Made by a program: the position numbers and the translations under genes. The notes beneath the pieces were generated by a model that was given only the letters and a program-made list of their open reading frames with translations, did no database searches and was not told the origin of the DNA. Below are positions 1-9,542 of a DNA stretch of 64,000 nt, one piece after another (positions within the stretch are counted from its first letter, which is position 1; each line of letters opens with the position of its first letter). Source of the DNA: Methanomassiliicoccales archaeon (lineage in GTDB: Archaea > Thermoplasmatota > Thermoplasmata > Methanomassiliicoccales > JAAEEP01); assembly GCA_046540255.1 (NCBI GenBank), contig JBKHFJ010000010.1:2928-66927 (forward strand). The letters run 5' to 3'.

Positions 1-1719
1 CTCGTCCTCCAGTCCCACGATCCTCTCACGGGACCCCTCCATCTGATCCTCCAGTTCCCCTACCTCCTCCCTCAGCCGGGGAAGTCTCTTCAGCTCCACC
101 CGGATCTCGTTGAACCTCTCCACCTTCCGGCGCACCCGATCGATGTCCTCCTTCAGGCGATCGTACTCTCCCCGGTCGAAATGCACCGGGTCCAGCTCCG
201 ACAGCCTAGAATCGATCCTCTCCCTCTCCCGCCCCAACTCCTCCAGCCGCTGCCCGTTCTCGGCGATCGATCCCCCTAGGGACTCGACCCTGGACATGTT
301 CCTCTGGAGCTCTTGGTACCGCCCCTGGAGGAACCCCCTCCGCTCCCGCATGACCTTCAGCTCGGATTCCAATCCGTCCTTCTCCTCACCCATAACGGAG
401 AGCCTCCCCTCCAGCTCATCCAGCTCCTCGGACATCCTCTCCAGCAGGTTCTCGTATTGGTCCTCCAGGGGCCTCTCGCAGGTAGGGCAGGGTGATTCCG
501 GTCCCATCTCGGAGATGTGCTCCCTCCTGGACCGGGTTTCCTCCGCCTTCCCCTCCAGGTTACTCATCTCCGACTTCAAATGGGCCAATCGGTCTCTTGT
601 CCGCTCGATTCTATCATCCATGTCCTCCAGCTCGTCCTTCACCGCCAGGTCCTCCTCGAGCCCCTTCTCCAGCCCTTCTCTCTCCTCTCTTCTTTCCCCT
701 AGCCTCTCCTCCAGCTGCCGCTCTTCCTGCATTATCCTCTCCATGTTATCCTTCAGATTGTTCCTTTCCAGCTGTTGGGCCCTCCGCTCCTCCATCTGGT
801 TCTTCTCCTCCTCCAGCTGACCAAGATGTTCCCTCTGATCCCCGATATCCTTGGCCTCCCCCCGCAGGGCGAGAAGACGCTCCATCTCCTCCGCAACACG
901 CTCCCTTCTCTCCCCCAGGTGGCCCAATCCCTCCCTCTCATTCTCCACACGGTTTTTCAGTTCCCTGAACTGCCTCTCCCTGGCGGAGACCTCGTCCCTG
1001 TGCTGCCGGGCCACTTCCAGTTCCCTATCGACACCTTCCAGCCTCTCCCTCTCCTGTGATAGGTTATCCAGGAGATCCTCCAGATCGCCGTCGATCCCCT
1101 TCATCTCCTTCCTCACGGTCTCGATCCGCTCTTTTCCCTCCCCGTCCAACAGCGATTCCCGCAGCTCGCTCACCCTCCATCCGGTGTCCCTCCCGTCGGC
1201 GTCCACGTCCTTGATCACCTGATCCAGGACATCGACGTCCAGCATGCGGAGGACCAGCTTCCGGCGTTCGTGGGGAGGGAAGGAGGCCAACGCGTTCAGT
1301 TCCCTCTGCCTGGCGAAGACGGAGATGAAGAAGGCGCGGTAGTCCATCGAGAGATGGTCCTTGACCGCCCTGGACACCGCGACATCGCCCGAGGCCTCCA
1401 GCCCTCCGTTCACCTCCAGAGTGGCCTCGACGCTGAGGCTCTTACCCTTCATCCATCTCCGCAACCGGTACTGGTCTCCCCCTATCTCGAACTCCAGGAG
1501 GACCGAGCATTCCTCCTTGGGTGAGGCTTGGGCCCGCCTCACCTCCTCCTTGGTGGTCCTATTGACCGGATTCCCGTACAGGGCCCAGGAGACGGCCTCG
1601 ATCAGGGTGGACTTCCCCGCACCGTTGGGGCCGATCACCCCCATGACGCCATCTGGGAACTCCAGGGCCGCCTCCCGAAATCGCCGGTAGTTGTGCAGCT
1701 GGATGTACCTCAGTCTCAT
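1..1719 (-). CDS. rad50: DNA double-strand break repair ATPase Rad50 (N-terminal part; runs off window start)
   Basis: Manual translation from ATG at 1719: MRLRYIQLHNYRRFREAALEFPDGVMGVIGPNGAGKSTLIEA (Walker A), followed by a long E/R-rich coiled coil; ATGA overlap with the mre11 stop. Confidence 0.93.
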   Translation of the reverse strand, partial: MRLRYIQLHNYRRFREAALEFPDGVMGVIGPNGAGKSTLIEAVSWALYGNPVNRTTKEEVRRAQASPKEECSVLLEFEIGGDQYRLRRWMKGKSLSVEATLEVNGGLEASGDVAVSRAVKDHLSMDYRAFFISVFARQRELNALASFPPHERRKLVLRMLDVDVLDQVIKDVDADGRDTGWRVSELRESLLDGEGKERIETVRKEMKGIDGDLEDLLDNLSQERERLEGVDRELEVARQHRDEVSARERQFRELKNRVENEREGLGHLGERRERVAEEMERLLALRGEAKDIGDQREHLGQLEEEKNQMEERRAQQLERNNLKDNMERIMQEERQLEERLGERREEREGLEKGLEEDLAVKDELEDMDDRIERTRDRLAHLKSEMSNLEGKAEETRSRREHISEMGPESPCPTCERPLEDQYENLLERMSEELDELEGRLSVMGEEKDGLESELKVMRERRGFLQGRYQELQRNMSRVESLGGSIAENGQRLEELGRERERIDSRLSELDPVHFDRGEYDRLKEDIDRVRRKVERFNEIRVELKRLPRLREEVGELEDQMEGSRERIVGLEDE

Positions 1720-2831
1720 GCATCCAGCCTCCTCTTCAGGTATTCAAGGCCCTTGGATTGCAGGCTCTCCCTGTGCCCTCCCACCTTGGACTGGCCCTCC
1801 AGGAACTGGACGAACTCCTTCTCCAGCGAGTCCAGGACGGCATCTCCGCCGTGGCCGGAGGAGTTCTGTTGCCTCACCTCGAACTTCCTCTCGAAGTGCA
1901 GGGCGGAGGAAGCCATCCGGTCGATGCGGTGAAAATCGATGGTACGGTATGCGCTGGGAGAGATGTTAATCACCCTAATGAGGGCGATGGCACCGGCAAG
2001 CTCATTCCCTTCTATGCACGCCTCGACCATTTCCTGGATGGTCTTCCCATCCATTCCCGAGGCGTCCTCCCTTCCCAAGTAGACCATGGGTCTGATGGGG
2101 AGTTCATGAAATTTCCTGGTCCCGGTGTCCAGGTCCACTTCCAGGAACCCCTTTCGTCGGCCCGCGTCGTTGAGATGGAACCGCTCGGTGGATCCGGAGA
2201 AGCAGGCGTTCTCGGCCACCTTGGCCCGTTGATGAAAGTGTCCCAGGCCTATGTAGTCGAAATCCTCGTCCAACAGGAAGTCCTCGACCTCGCGCTCATT
2301 GAACTCCTCCATGATCAGGATTCTGTCATTCTTTCTCACCCCGGCGTGCATCATGCCCACGTTGTAGTCGGATTTGTCAGGGTGGAACCGTCCCAGTTCC
2401 TCCTGGAACCGCTTCCCTTCGCAATGGGGTAGGGCGTGTACCGTCATCTGCCCTATCTCCACCCTCTCCATCCGCTCCCGGTAGACCGGGTGGACGTTAT
2501 CCAGGTGATCGAACAGCTGGTGTGCGCATCCCGTCCCCCTCAGCCGAGGGGCGGAGTGGTTCCCGGCGATGATGACCGTGGGTACGTCGGCCTCGGAGAG
2601 TCTCAACAGCTGCCGTTGGGCGAAGTAGAGGGCCCTATTGGAGGGGCGCACGCTGTCGAAGAGGTCCCCGCTGTGGATCACCGCCTCCGGGGCCAGGTCT
2701 ATGGCCCGGTCGACAAAACGCTCGAACGCCCTGTAGACGTCCACCTCTCTCTGGTTCAGCCCGTTATCTGGGTCGACCTTGTGGTAGGCGGAGTATCCCA
2801 GGTGGGTGTCCGAGACGTGTAGGATCCTCAA
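1716..2831 (-). CDS. mre11: Mre11/SbcD-family DNA repair nuclease
   Basis: Metallophosphoesterase motifs SDTHLG, GDLFD, GNH, LGHFH; coupled to rad50. Confidence 0.92.
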   Translation of the reverse strand: MRILHVSDTHLGYSAYHKVDPDNGLNQREVDVYRAFERFVDRAIDLAPEAVIHSGDLFDSVRPSNRALYFAQRQLLRLSEADVPTVIIAGNHSAPRLRGTGCAHQLFDHLDNVHPVYRERMERVEIGQMTVHALPHCEGKRFQEELGRFHPDKSDYNVGMMHAGVRKNDRILIMEEFNEREVEDFLLDEDFDYIGLGHFHQRAKVAENACFSGSTERFHLNDAGRRKGFLEVDLDTGTRKFHELPIRPMVYLGREDASGMDGKTIQEMVEACIEGNELAGAIALIRVINISPSAYRTIDFHRIDRMASSALHFERKFEVRQQNSSGHGGDAVLDSLEKEFVQFLEGQSKVGGHRESLQSKGLEYLKRRLDA

Positions 2832-3022
2832 TCCCGTCTCCCCCCATAGCGGACCGGATCATCATCTGGCCGGAACGGCATCCCCAAATGGAAGGGATCG
2901 CATCGCTGGAAGAGGGCGTTAAGAGCCCCGCTCTCACCGTCGTTCCTCTCCCACAGGCCTTCCTTACCATGCCAGAGACCGCACTCCATCGATCGAATGC
3001 CGGAGACTCGAAAGAGGCGCAT
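2828..3022 (-). CDS. small hypothetical protein (64 aa) upstream of mre11
   Basis: SD-like AGGTGG before the ATG, TATA-like TTTTTATC upstream, stop overlaps the mre11 TTG start (TTGA). Confidence 0.4.
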   Translation of the reverse strand: MRLFRVSGIRSMECGLWHGKEGLWERNDGESGALNALFQRCDPFHLGMPFRPDDDPVRYGGRRD

Positions 3023-3088
3023 CGATCCACCTTGGCAATGTAATGATCGATCCGATAAAAACGGTTCTCATGGGGAGACTGAATCTAC

Positions 3089-3295
3089 TCAGCACCTGGA
3101 CACTACTCGGATGCCCTTTCCCTTCCTCAGCCCCTCGGAGAGGTTCTCCAGGTTGGCGTAACCCTTGAACTCGCAGTTCATGCCGGTGAGGGGGCAGCTC
3201 TCGCAGGTGAGATTCTCCAGGAACTCCTTGTCCCTGTGACCGTAGGCGTCGAACGGGCATCCATCAGGACGCTGGGGCTTGTCATTTCCCGTCAT
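3089..3295 (-). CDS. small Cys-rich hypothetical protein (68 aa)
   Basis: CPFD...CESCP...C pattern; TATA-like CTTAAAT about 20 nt upstream of the ATG. Confidence 0.55.
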   Translation of the reverse strand: MTGNDKPQRPDGCPFDAYGHRDKEFLENLTCESCPLTGMNCEFKGYANLENLSEGLRKGKGIRVVSRC

Positions 3296-3426
3296 GTGAA
3301 TCGGGACCGATTTAAGAGATTTCGGTACTTATAGGTGCCCCACCAACCATTTTTCCGGGCGCCTCACCCCCGCCGGTGAAAAAGGAATCCATACTCTTAA
3401 TAAAGGGGGAGTAGGATTGACCAAGA

Positions 3427-4407
3427 GTGTCCCGGAGATCCTTCCCAGACCCGTTCTTCAAGAGGGCCGTCTGCGCCGGCCCAGGCACCCTCAGGATGTC
3501 CGATCCGGACTGCCATGCGCTGGGGAGGGGGGAGCCCAAGAGGAAACCCACGATCAAGGTGGTGGGGGTGGGCGGCGCCGGCTGCAACGCGCTGGGCGAG
3601 TCCCCCTTCGAGACCCTGGCCATCTGCACCCCGGAGGAGGACACCCGCCAGCTCAGGGTGGACGGCAGGGTGCTACTGAAGGATGAGCACCTGGAGTTCC
3701 TGAGGGAGACACCCCCTCGAACGGTCCGCTCCATAAGGTACGAGCTGAAGGACCAGATATCGGGGGCGCTGGGCGAGCCGGACCTGGTCTTCCTGTTCGC
3801 CGGTCTGGGAGGGGACACCGGGAGCTACGCCGCGCCGATGGTGGCCAATCTGTGTAAGAAGCAGGCCTCCCTGAGCATCAGCTCGGTGGCCCTCCCCTTC
3901 TCGGTGGAGGGGAGGGACCGCCAGGAGGTGGCCCTCTGCTCGGTCACCCACATCACCGAGTCGTCGGACATCACCATCACCTACCCGAACGATCATCTCC
4001 TGAAGATGGTGCCCAACCTCCCCCTGAGGAAGGCGTTCGGGGTGATGAACAGCATCATGATGGCCCCGGTGATGGAGCTGGAGAAGGTCCTGACCGTTAG
4101 CGACCTGGAGCAGGTGAGGAAAAGTTTCATCTATTCCCAGTACGCCAGGTTGGGGATGGGAACCGGGAAGGGCCCCCTCAAGGCGGTGGATGACGCCTTC
4201 ACCTCCCCCTGGTTCGATTTCGAGGGGGAAAGGGTGATGTCCGCCTTGGTCACCGTGTCCATGTCCGAGGTGGAGGAGGACCTGGTCAAAGAGGTCCTGG
4301 AGGACCTCTCCCACCGCATCCCCTACGCCAGGATCTCCCACTCCTCCATCGAGGACCCTTCCCTGGAGGGCAAGATCAAGGTGATGCTCCTCCTCGGTGT
4401 GGCCTGA
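3427..4407 (+). CDS. divergent FtsZ/tubulin-family protein (start may be 3496)
   Basis: IKVVGVGGAGCNA, AGLGGDTGSY, ALPFSVEG, PNDHLL motifs of the FtsZ GTPase domain. Confidence 0.85.
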   Translation: MSRRSFPDPFFKRAVCAGPGTLRMSDPDCHALGRGEPKRKPTIKVVGVGGAGCNALGESPFETLAICTPEEDTRQLRVDGRVLLKDEHLEFLRETPPRTVRSIRYELKDQISGALGEPDLVFLFAGLGGDTGSYAAPMVANLCKKQASLSISSVALPFSVEGRDRQEVALCSVTHITESSDITITYPNDHLLKMVPNLPLRKAFGVMNSIMMAPVMELEKVLTVSDLEQVRKSFIYSQYARLGMGTGKGPLKAVDDAFTSPWFDFEGERVMSALVTVSMSEVEEDLVKEVLEDLSHRIPYARISHSSIEDPSLEGKIKVMLLLGVA

Positions 4408-4408
4408 C

Positions 4409-6166
4409 CTACTCCTCCTCCCTGAACCCGCGGACTATGGCCTCGGCGAATCTCCTGTGAGCCGCCCTCACCACCCGCCAGGCCAGGAGGGCCACCATAC
4501 CGGCGATGATCAGCGACGCCAGGAGGAGCGGGGCGCTCAGATGGCTGGACGCCGGGATCAGGGGCAGGAGTAAGAAGAGGAGCACGGTGCCGATGAACAC
4601 CGAGTTCAGTTCGATTATGATGTTCAGCACGCTCCCCCTCTCCCGGAAGCGGCAGACGCCTGATTCCTCCGTGCACAGGGTGAGCAGGAACATGAGCCCG
4701 TTCAGGTGCCTGATGATGGAGATCAGGGGCGGGAGGGAGAGGGCAAGCACGGCCACCACCACCCCTGCCGAGACCCATACGGACCCGATCCACTCGAGCT
4801 CCAGGCCTTCCCCCACGATGAGGAAGATGCGGGCCCCCACGATCACCACCAGGATGATCATCACGTCCACGAAGATGCCCTTCATCTCCTGCTTCATCTG
4901 CTTGGCCCGCAGGGAGGAGGCGGTCATCCGTTTCCTCGCCCCTTCCCGTATCTCCTCTATGGCCATGAGGCTCTCCTTGATGCTCATGGGGAGTATTCCC
5001 TTGAACAGGTCCACGACCCCCTGCATCCTGCTCACCAGAAGAGGGTAGATCAGCATGGTAATCAGGACTGCGGTGAGGACCACCGAGTAGAACCTGGTAT
5101 CCAGCAGTCCGTTGTCCAGCCCGATCTTGCTGATGATTATGGAGAACTCCCCCATGGTAATCATGCTCAGCCCGGCCTTCAGGGAGGTCCCGGCGGGCTT
5201 GTTGGCCACGTAGGTGGCGAAGCTGACCGCCACCAGGGTCCCCACCATGAACACCAGGGCTATGATGACCCCCTGCAGGGCCCCCTCCACCACCATGGTA
5301 GGATCGATCAGCATGCCCATGGAGACGAAGAAGATGGCTATGAACAGGGTGCTGACCGGCCTGATCTGGGCGCTGACCATCCCCACCGACTTGGACTGGG
5401 AGATGATGATCCCCATGATGAACGCCCCCACCGCCACCGAGAGCTCCATGGCCAGGGAGATCAGGACCATGAAGAAGCACAGTCCCAGGGAGGCCAGGAG
5501 GACCGCCTCCCGGGGGAAGGAGTGGCTGATGCGGTCCACCGCCCGGGGTATGATCATCAGCCCGAGGGAGAGGCTGATGGACACTAACAGCAGGATGCGC
5601 ACGACGATCTCCACCAGGGCGAGGGGGTCCATGGCCATGTCGGTGGTGAGGGGGGAGATCATCGTCAGCACCAGGACCACGAAGAAGTCCTCGATGATCA
5701 GTATGCCCACCACCGCCTCCCCGTGCTCCGTCGTGATCTTCCCGGTATCGATCAACATCTTGGCGATCAGGGCGGTGCTGCTCACCGCCATAACCGCCCC
5801 CAGCAGGATGGACTCCATATGACCCCAGCCGAGCAGCAGGCCCAGGTAGTAGCCGATGGCGATCATGATGATGATCTCGATCGTCCCGGCCACCAGGGAG
5901 AACAGGCCGATCCTCCTGAGCCTCCTGAGGTTGAATTCCAGCCCCAGGTAGAACATAAGCATGATGATGCCCAGGTCGGCGAAGAATCTCACCGAGTCCT
6001 GGTTGTGGACCAGGGAGAAGGTCCCGATGACCACCCCGCCGAGCAGGTAGCCGATGACCGGGGGATACCTCAAACGGGGGAGCAGCAACGCGGATATCCC
6101 GACCACGATCATGACGGCGGTGATATCCACGATGAATTGCGTCCCTTCCAAGGATAACCCTGCCAT
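4409..6166 (-). CDS. cation:proton antiporter (CPA2/KefB family) with extra C-terminal membrane region
   Basis: GYLLGG, LGLEF, SSTALIAK, GILIIEDF, GEFSIII motifs; many TM helices. Confidence 0.88.
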   Translation of the reverse strand: MAGLSLEGTQFIVDITAVMIVVGISALLLPRLRYPPVIGYLLGGVVIGTFSLVHNQDSVRFFADLGIIMLMFYLGLEFNLRRLRRIGLFSLVAGTIEIIIMIAIGYYLGLLLGWGHMESILLGAVMAVSSTALIAKMLIDTGKITTEHGEAVVGILIIEDFFVVLVLTMISPLTTDMAMDPLALVEIVVRILLLVSISLSLGLMIIPRAVDRISHSFPREAVLLASLGLCFFMVLISLAMELSVAVGAFIMGIIISQSKSVGMVSAQIRPVSTLFIAIFFVSMGMLIDPTMVVEGALQGVIIALVFMVGTLVAVSFATYVANKPAGTSLKAGLSMITMGEFSIIISKIGLDNGLLDTRFYSVVLTAVLITMLIYPLLVSRMQGVVDLFKGILPMSIKESLMAIEEIREGARKRMTASSLRAKQMKQEMKGIFVDVMIILVVIVGARIFLIVGEGLELEWIGSVWVSAGVVVAVLALSLPPLISIIRHLNGLMFLLTLCTEESGVCRFRERGSVLNIIIELNSVFIGTVLLFLLLPLIPASSHLSAPLLLASLIIAGMVALLAWRVVRAAHRRFAEAIVRGFREEE

Positions 6167-6205
6167 CCAACGATAGGATACGGATATCTAGGTTTCGGTG
6201 TCGGT

Positions 6206-6991
6206 TCAATCCTGGATTACGGAGGGGGCGTCGGCGAAGAGGACCAGGGACCTGGCCTCCATGAAGTGGAGCTCTCCCGGCATGACCAGGCAGTGGAGGG
6301 GAGGTCCCAAGTCCTCCTCCACGATGCGGGAGGGGGGCCCGCCGATCAGCCTCTCCCTCGAAGACCCGACCCGGGCGCAGGCGCAGAGCAGCGTGTCCTC
6401 GCCGATCAGCCCCCTCCCCACCCTCTCCTCCGCGGCCAGGAGCCACTCGGCCCCCTCCTGGCAGGTCATGAACCTACCCTCTTCCTCCCTTATGTCCAGG
6501 AGGATCAGGGTGTGCAGCCCCCTCTCCCGGTTCTCTGCGATCCTCTGGTAGGGGCTGGTGGGCAGGTATTCCCCCTCCCGGAAGGGGAGGGTGACCGTCC
6601 TCCCGAACTTGTAGGGTTGCAGCCCCAGGGCGGAGGCGGCCGCGGTGAAGATGGAGATCCCGTGGATCAGGGAGGTCCCTATCCCCCGCTCCTCCGCCCT
6701 GATCCGCAGGTCCACGTGGGTGGTGGCGGCCATGGTGTCCCCGGCGGTCACGAAGGCCACCCTGCCCTCCCCGGCGGCCTCCAGGATCCGCTCCCCCTCC
6801 TCCACCTCCTCACGGTCGAGAAGCGTCACCTTTCTCCCCAGCCTCTCCTCCATGTCCTCGATGGAGGAGTCCGCGAGCGAGGAGGTGTAGAACTCCCCGA
6901 ACACCCTGTCCGCCTCCCTGAGGGCCCGCAGGGCCCGGGCACCCAGGTCCTCCCCGGTCAGTCCTAAACCCACAAATATCAATTCGCCCAT
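6206..6991 (-). CDS. dph5: diphthine synthase
   Basis: FVGLGL, EFYTS, GDTMAATTHVDL, GLQPYKFGRTVT, HTLILLD, PPLHCLV. Confidence 0.95.
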   Translation of the reverse strand: MGELIFVGLGLTGEDLGARALRALREADRVFGEFYTSSLADSSIEDMEERLGRKVTLLDREEVEEGERILEAAGEGRVAFVTAGDTMAATTHVDLRIRAEERGIGTSLIHGISIFTAAASALGLQPYKFGRTVTLPFREGEYLPTSPYQRIAENRERGLHTLILLDIREEEGRFMTCQEGAEWLLAAEERVGRGLIGEDTLLCACARVGSSRERLIGGPPSRIVEEDLGPPLHCLVMPGELHFMEARSLVLFADAPSVIQD

Positions 6992-7000
6992 GGCACCACC

Positions 7001-8002
7001 GTGCGCTCCCGATGCGTGAGGGTTCCCAGGCGGGAAGGGGAATCCGCCCGTAAAAAGCTTTCAACCGAGGGTCTGCTGGACCGCTCCCTGAGGATCAGGC
7101 GGGAGGGGGACCACCTCCTCCTGCCGGTGACGGCCGATCCCCCAGGGAACTGGGAGGTGGAGGAGGCCGATTTCGAGGAGAGGCCCCTCAGGGACGCGGA
7201 CTACCGCGGCCGGGTGGAGGTACCGGAGTACCTGAAGTCACTGCTCCCCACCTCCTTCGACGTGGTGGGCGACATCGCCGTGGTCAAGCTCCCTGACCAG
7301 CTGACGCCATACGCCGTCGAGGTAGGTAGGGCCCTGAGGGAGGCCTTCCCCAGGCTCAGGGCGGTGGCGGTGGACGAGGGAGTGGAGGGAGCGTTCCGGG
7401 TCCGCTCGGTCAGGACGGTGGCCGGGGAAGGCACCGAGACCGTGCACACCGAGTTCGGGCTGAGGATCAAGGTGGACCTGGCCAAGGCGTACTTCAATCC
7501 GAGGCTGAGCAACGAGAGGCGGAGGGTGGCCTCCCTGGTCCGGCCGGGGGAAGTGGTGGTGGACATGTTCGCCGGGGTGGGTCCCTTCTCCCTGATGATC
7601 GCCAGGTACTCCTCTCCCCAGGCGGTCTACGCGGTGGACATCAATCCAGTGGCCATCGAACTGCTGGAGGAGAATATAAGGCTCAATCGGGCGGAGGGCG
7701 TGGTGCCGATCGTGGGCGATGCCAGGGAGGTGGTCCGTGACCTCCCACGGGCGGACAGGGTGATAATGAACCTCCCCCACTCCGCCCACCTCTTCCTTAC
7801 GGACGCGCTCCACCTCCTGAAGGGGGGAGGGACCATCCACTTCTACACCGTCTGCGACAAGGGGGAGGCCCGGGAGACGATCCAGGGGATGATGGACTCC
7901 CCGGAAAAGATCCGCCTGGAGAGGGTGGAGGAGCTGAAGACCTACTCCCCCGCCCAGAGCGTCTACTCGGCGGACCTCACTCTCTCAGGGGATCGAGGGT
8001 GA
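7001..8002 (+). CDS. trm5: Trm5/Tyw2 (Met-10+) family tRNA SAM-dependent transferase
   Basis: SFDVVGDIA, YFNPRLSNER, DMFAGVGPF, DRVIMNLP. Confidence 0.85.
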   Translation: MRSRCVRVPRREGESARKKLSTEGLLDRSLRIRREGDHLLLPVTADPPGNWEVEEADFEERPLRDADYRGRVEVPEYLKSLLPTSFDVVGDIAVVKLPDQLTPYAVEVGRALREAFPRLRAVAVDEGVEGAFRVRSVRTVAGEGTETVHTEFGLRIKVDLAKAYFNPRLSNERRRVASLVRPGEVVVDMFAGVGPFSLMIARYSSPQAVYAVDINPVAIELLEENIRLNRAEGVVPIVGDAREVVRDLPRADRVIMNLPHSAHLFLTDALHLLKGGGTIHFYTVCDKGEARETIQGMMDSPEKIRLERVEELKTYSPAQSVYSADLTLSGDRG

Positions 8003-8462
8003 CTCCCCTCTGCCCCTGGTAGTTACCGCTCCTCCTCTCGTAGGGAAGGGAGGGTGGGGAACACAATCTCTCAAAAACGATCTGCACGAACCTCTCCCCC
8101 ACTGGGACCTCCACCTCCTCCTGGGAAAGGTTAAAGGCGGAGAAGGTCAGCGTCCCCTGGAAGCCGGCGTCCACCTTGCCCAGGCCCGCCATGAGGCCCC
8201 TGCGGATCCAGGTGGTGCGCAGCCACAGCTGGGCGCACAGGTCCTCCGGGAGGACCAGATACTCCACGGTTGAAACGAACACCTGGGTGCCCGGGGGGAC
8301 GACGGCGGTCCCCTCGCGGACCGTCTCCCCCGAGGGGAGGGAGACCTCGGCGATCCTCAGGTCGTAGCCGTTGGGGGTGAGCGATCCCTCGGAGAAGGAC
8401 TGGATCTCCAGCTCCCCATCATTCATCATCTCGAGTATCTGGTGATCGGGCAGGACGCACAT
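7977..8462 (-). CDS. dcd: dCTP deaminase / dUTPase family
   Basis: TPNGYDLR, VDAGFQGTLT, ERFVQIVF, GNYQGQRGV; start adjusted to ATG at 8462. Confidence 0.88.
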   Translation of the reverse strand: MCVLPDHQILEMMNDGELEIQSFSEGSLTPNGYDLRIAEVSLPSGETVREGTAVVPPGTQVFVSTVEYLVLPEDLCAQLWLRTTWIRRGLMAGLGKVDAGFQGTLTFSAFNLSQEEVEVPVGERFVQIVFERLCSPPSLPYERRSGNYQGQRGVTLDPLRE

Positions 8463-8501
8463 CGTTCGGTGATGGTCCTCCTCGTACAACTCTCTTTTCG
8501 A

Positions 8502-9323
8502 TCAGTCCACGACCAGCCAAGGAACCTCCCTCAGGATGGGGTTCTCCTGGTAGGGCTCGTGTCCGTACTCCCCGTTCTCCCCCAGCCTCTCCCCGTGGTC
8601 CGAGGTGATCACCGTCCTTCCAGGGAGCTCCCTCAACAGCTTAACCACCTCCTCGATCGCCCGCCGGAGGTTGTTCTCGTACAGATTATGCAGGAAGTCC
8701 TCCCCGTATTTCCTGGCTATCCCCTTCATCCACAGGGGATCGCCCATGACCTCCACCTGATCGGCGAAGTCAGACAGTATCGGGAATCCCTCCAGCTTGC
8801 GCAGGGTCTCCTTCCCCAGTATCCACACGGCCATGTCCGCCAGGAGTATGCGCAGCATGGTGAACGGGTTCTTCCCCTCGGCAGAGGAGATCAGGTCCAG
8901 GTAGGGTCCGTGGGGTTGCATGAAGTGGACGATCATCCGCTTGTCCGGGCTATCCTCCCGGTGCTCCAGGGCGCTCTTCCGGACCGTGGAGGGCAGCACG
9001 GTGCCCACCTTACCGTTCCAGCCGTGATCCCACACGTCCACCACCTTGGAGAAGTGATCCCTCCCGTGGAAGCCGTCCACTTTGACCAAGGAGTTGATGT
9101 GCGGGTTGGCCGAGACGTAGTCGATGTCCGGGTACCACCCATCACCGAACGACTTGTTCGCCCACTCCGGGGTGGAGGATCCGGCCGATAGGCTGATCAT
9201 CAGCTCGCCCGAGAAGTACTCCGGGTGCAACTCCTCGAACAGGTCGTACCGGCATGCGTCCAGCACTATCAGGTTATCCCACTCTTCCCTGAGGAACAGA
9301 TCCATCTGAGCTCGCTTGGTCAC
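8502..9323 (-). CDS. alkaline phosphatase/sulfatase-superfamily protein
   Basis: LIVLDACRYD, HFMQPHGPY, TSDHGE, EVPWL motifs. Confidence 0.8.
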   Translation of the reverse strand: MTKRAQMDLFLREEWDNLIVLDACRYDLFEELHPEYFSGELMISLSAGSSTPEWANKSFGDGWYPDIDYVSANPHINSLVKVDGFHGRDHFSKVVDVWDHGWNGKVGTVLPSTVRKSALEHREDSPDKRMIVHFMQPHGPYLDLISSAEGKNPFTMLRILLADMAVWILGKETLRKLEGFPILSDFADQVEVMGDPLWMKGIARKYGEDFLHNLYENNLRRAIEEVVKLLRELPGRTVITSDHGERLGENGEYGHEPYQENPILREVPWLVVD

Positions 9324-9470
9324 GGAACTCCCCTCGCGGACACCGAATATCCCTAACCCTTCTAATTAGCATTCATATTATAACTATTTGATTTAACAGA
9401 CCCTTGGGACAGAATCGCTCCACTGTCTCCACTTTCCCTCGAGCGGGCCGGTCCCTCCCGTCACATTCGG

Positions 9471-9486
9471 AAAACCCATTTATAGT
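9471..9486 (+). promoter_or_regulatory. BRE/TATA promoter of the btuFCD-cob operon
   Basis: AAAACCCATTTATAG about 60 nt upstream of the btuF ATG. Confidence 0.6.
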
Positions 9487-9503
9487 CGTACTACTATCTG
9501 GAG

Positions 9504-9524
9504 AGTTGGATTATACATCCAACT
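9504..9524. promoter_or_regulatory. palindromic operator, copy 1 (AGTTGGAT-TATAC-ATCCAACT)
   Basis: Perfect 8-bp inverted repeat with a 5-bp spacer just downstream of the TATA box; near-identical copy at 18084. Confidence 0.8.
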
Positions 9525-9542
9525 GAGGGAGGAAGAATACAG

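Noticed and set aside
3410-3430. Partial match AGTAGGATT to the cob operator upstream of the FtsZ-like gene
   Set aside because: Only one half-site; the second arm (ATCCAACT) is absent.
9324-9542. Cobalamin riboswitch upstream of btuF
   Set aside because: No B12-box or the usual GGGAA/GCCACTG elements in order; the TATA box is only about 60 nt from the ATG, leaving no room for one.
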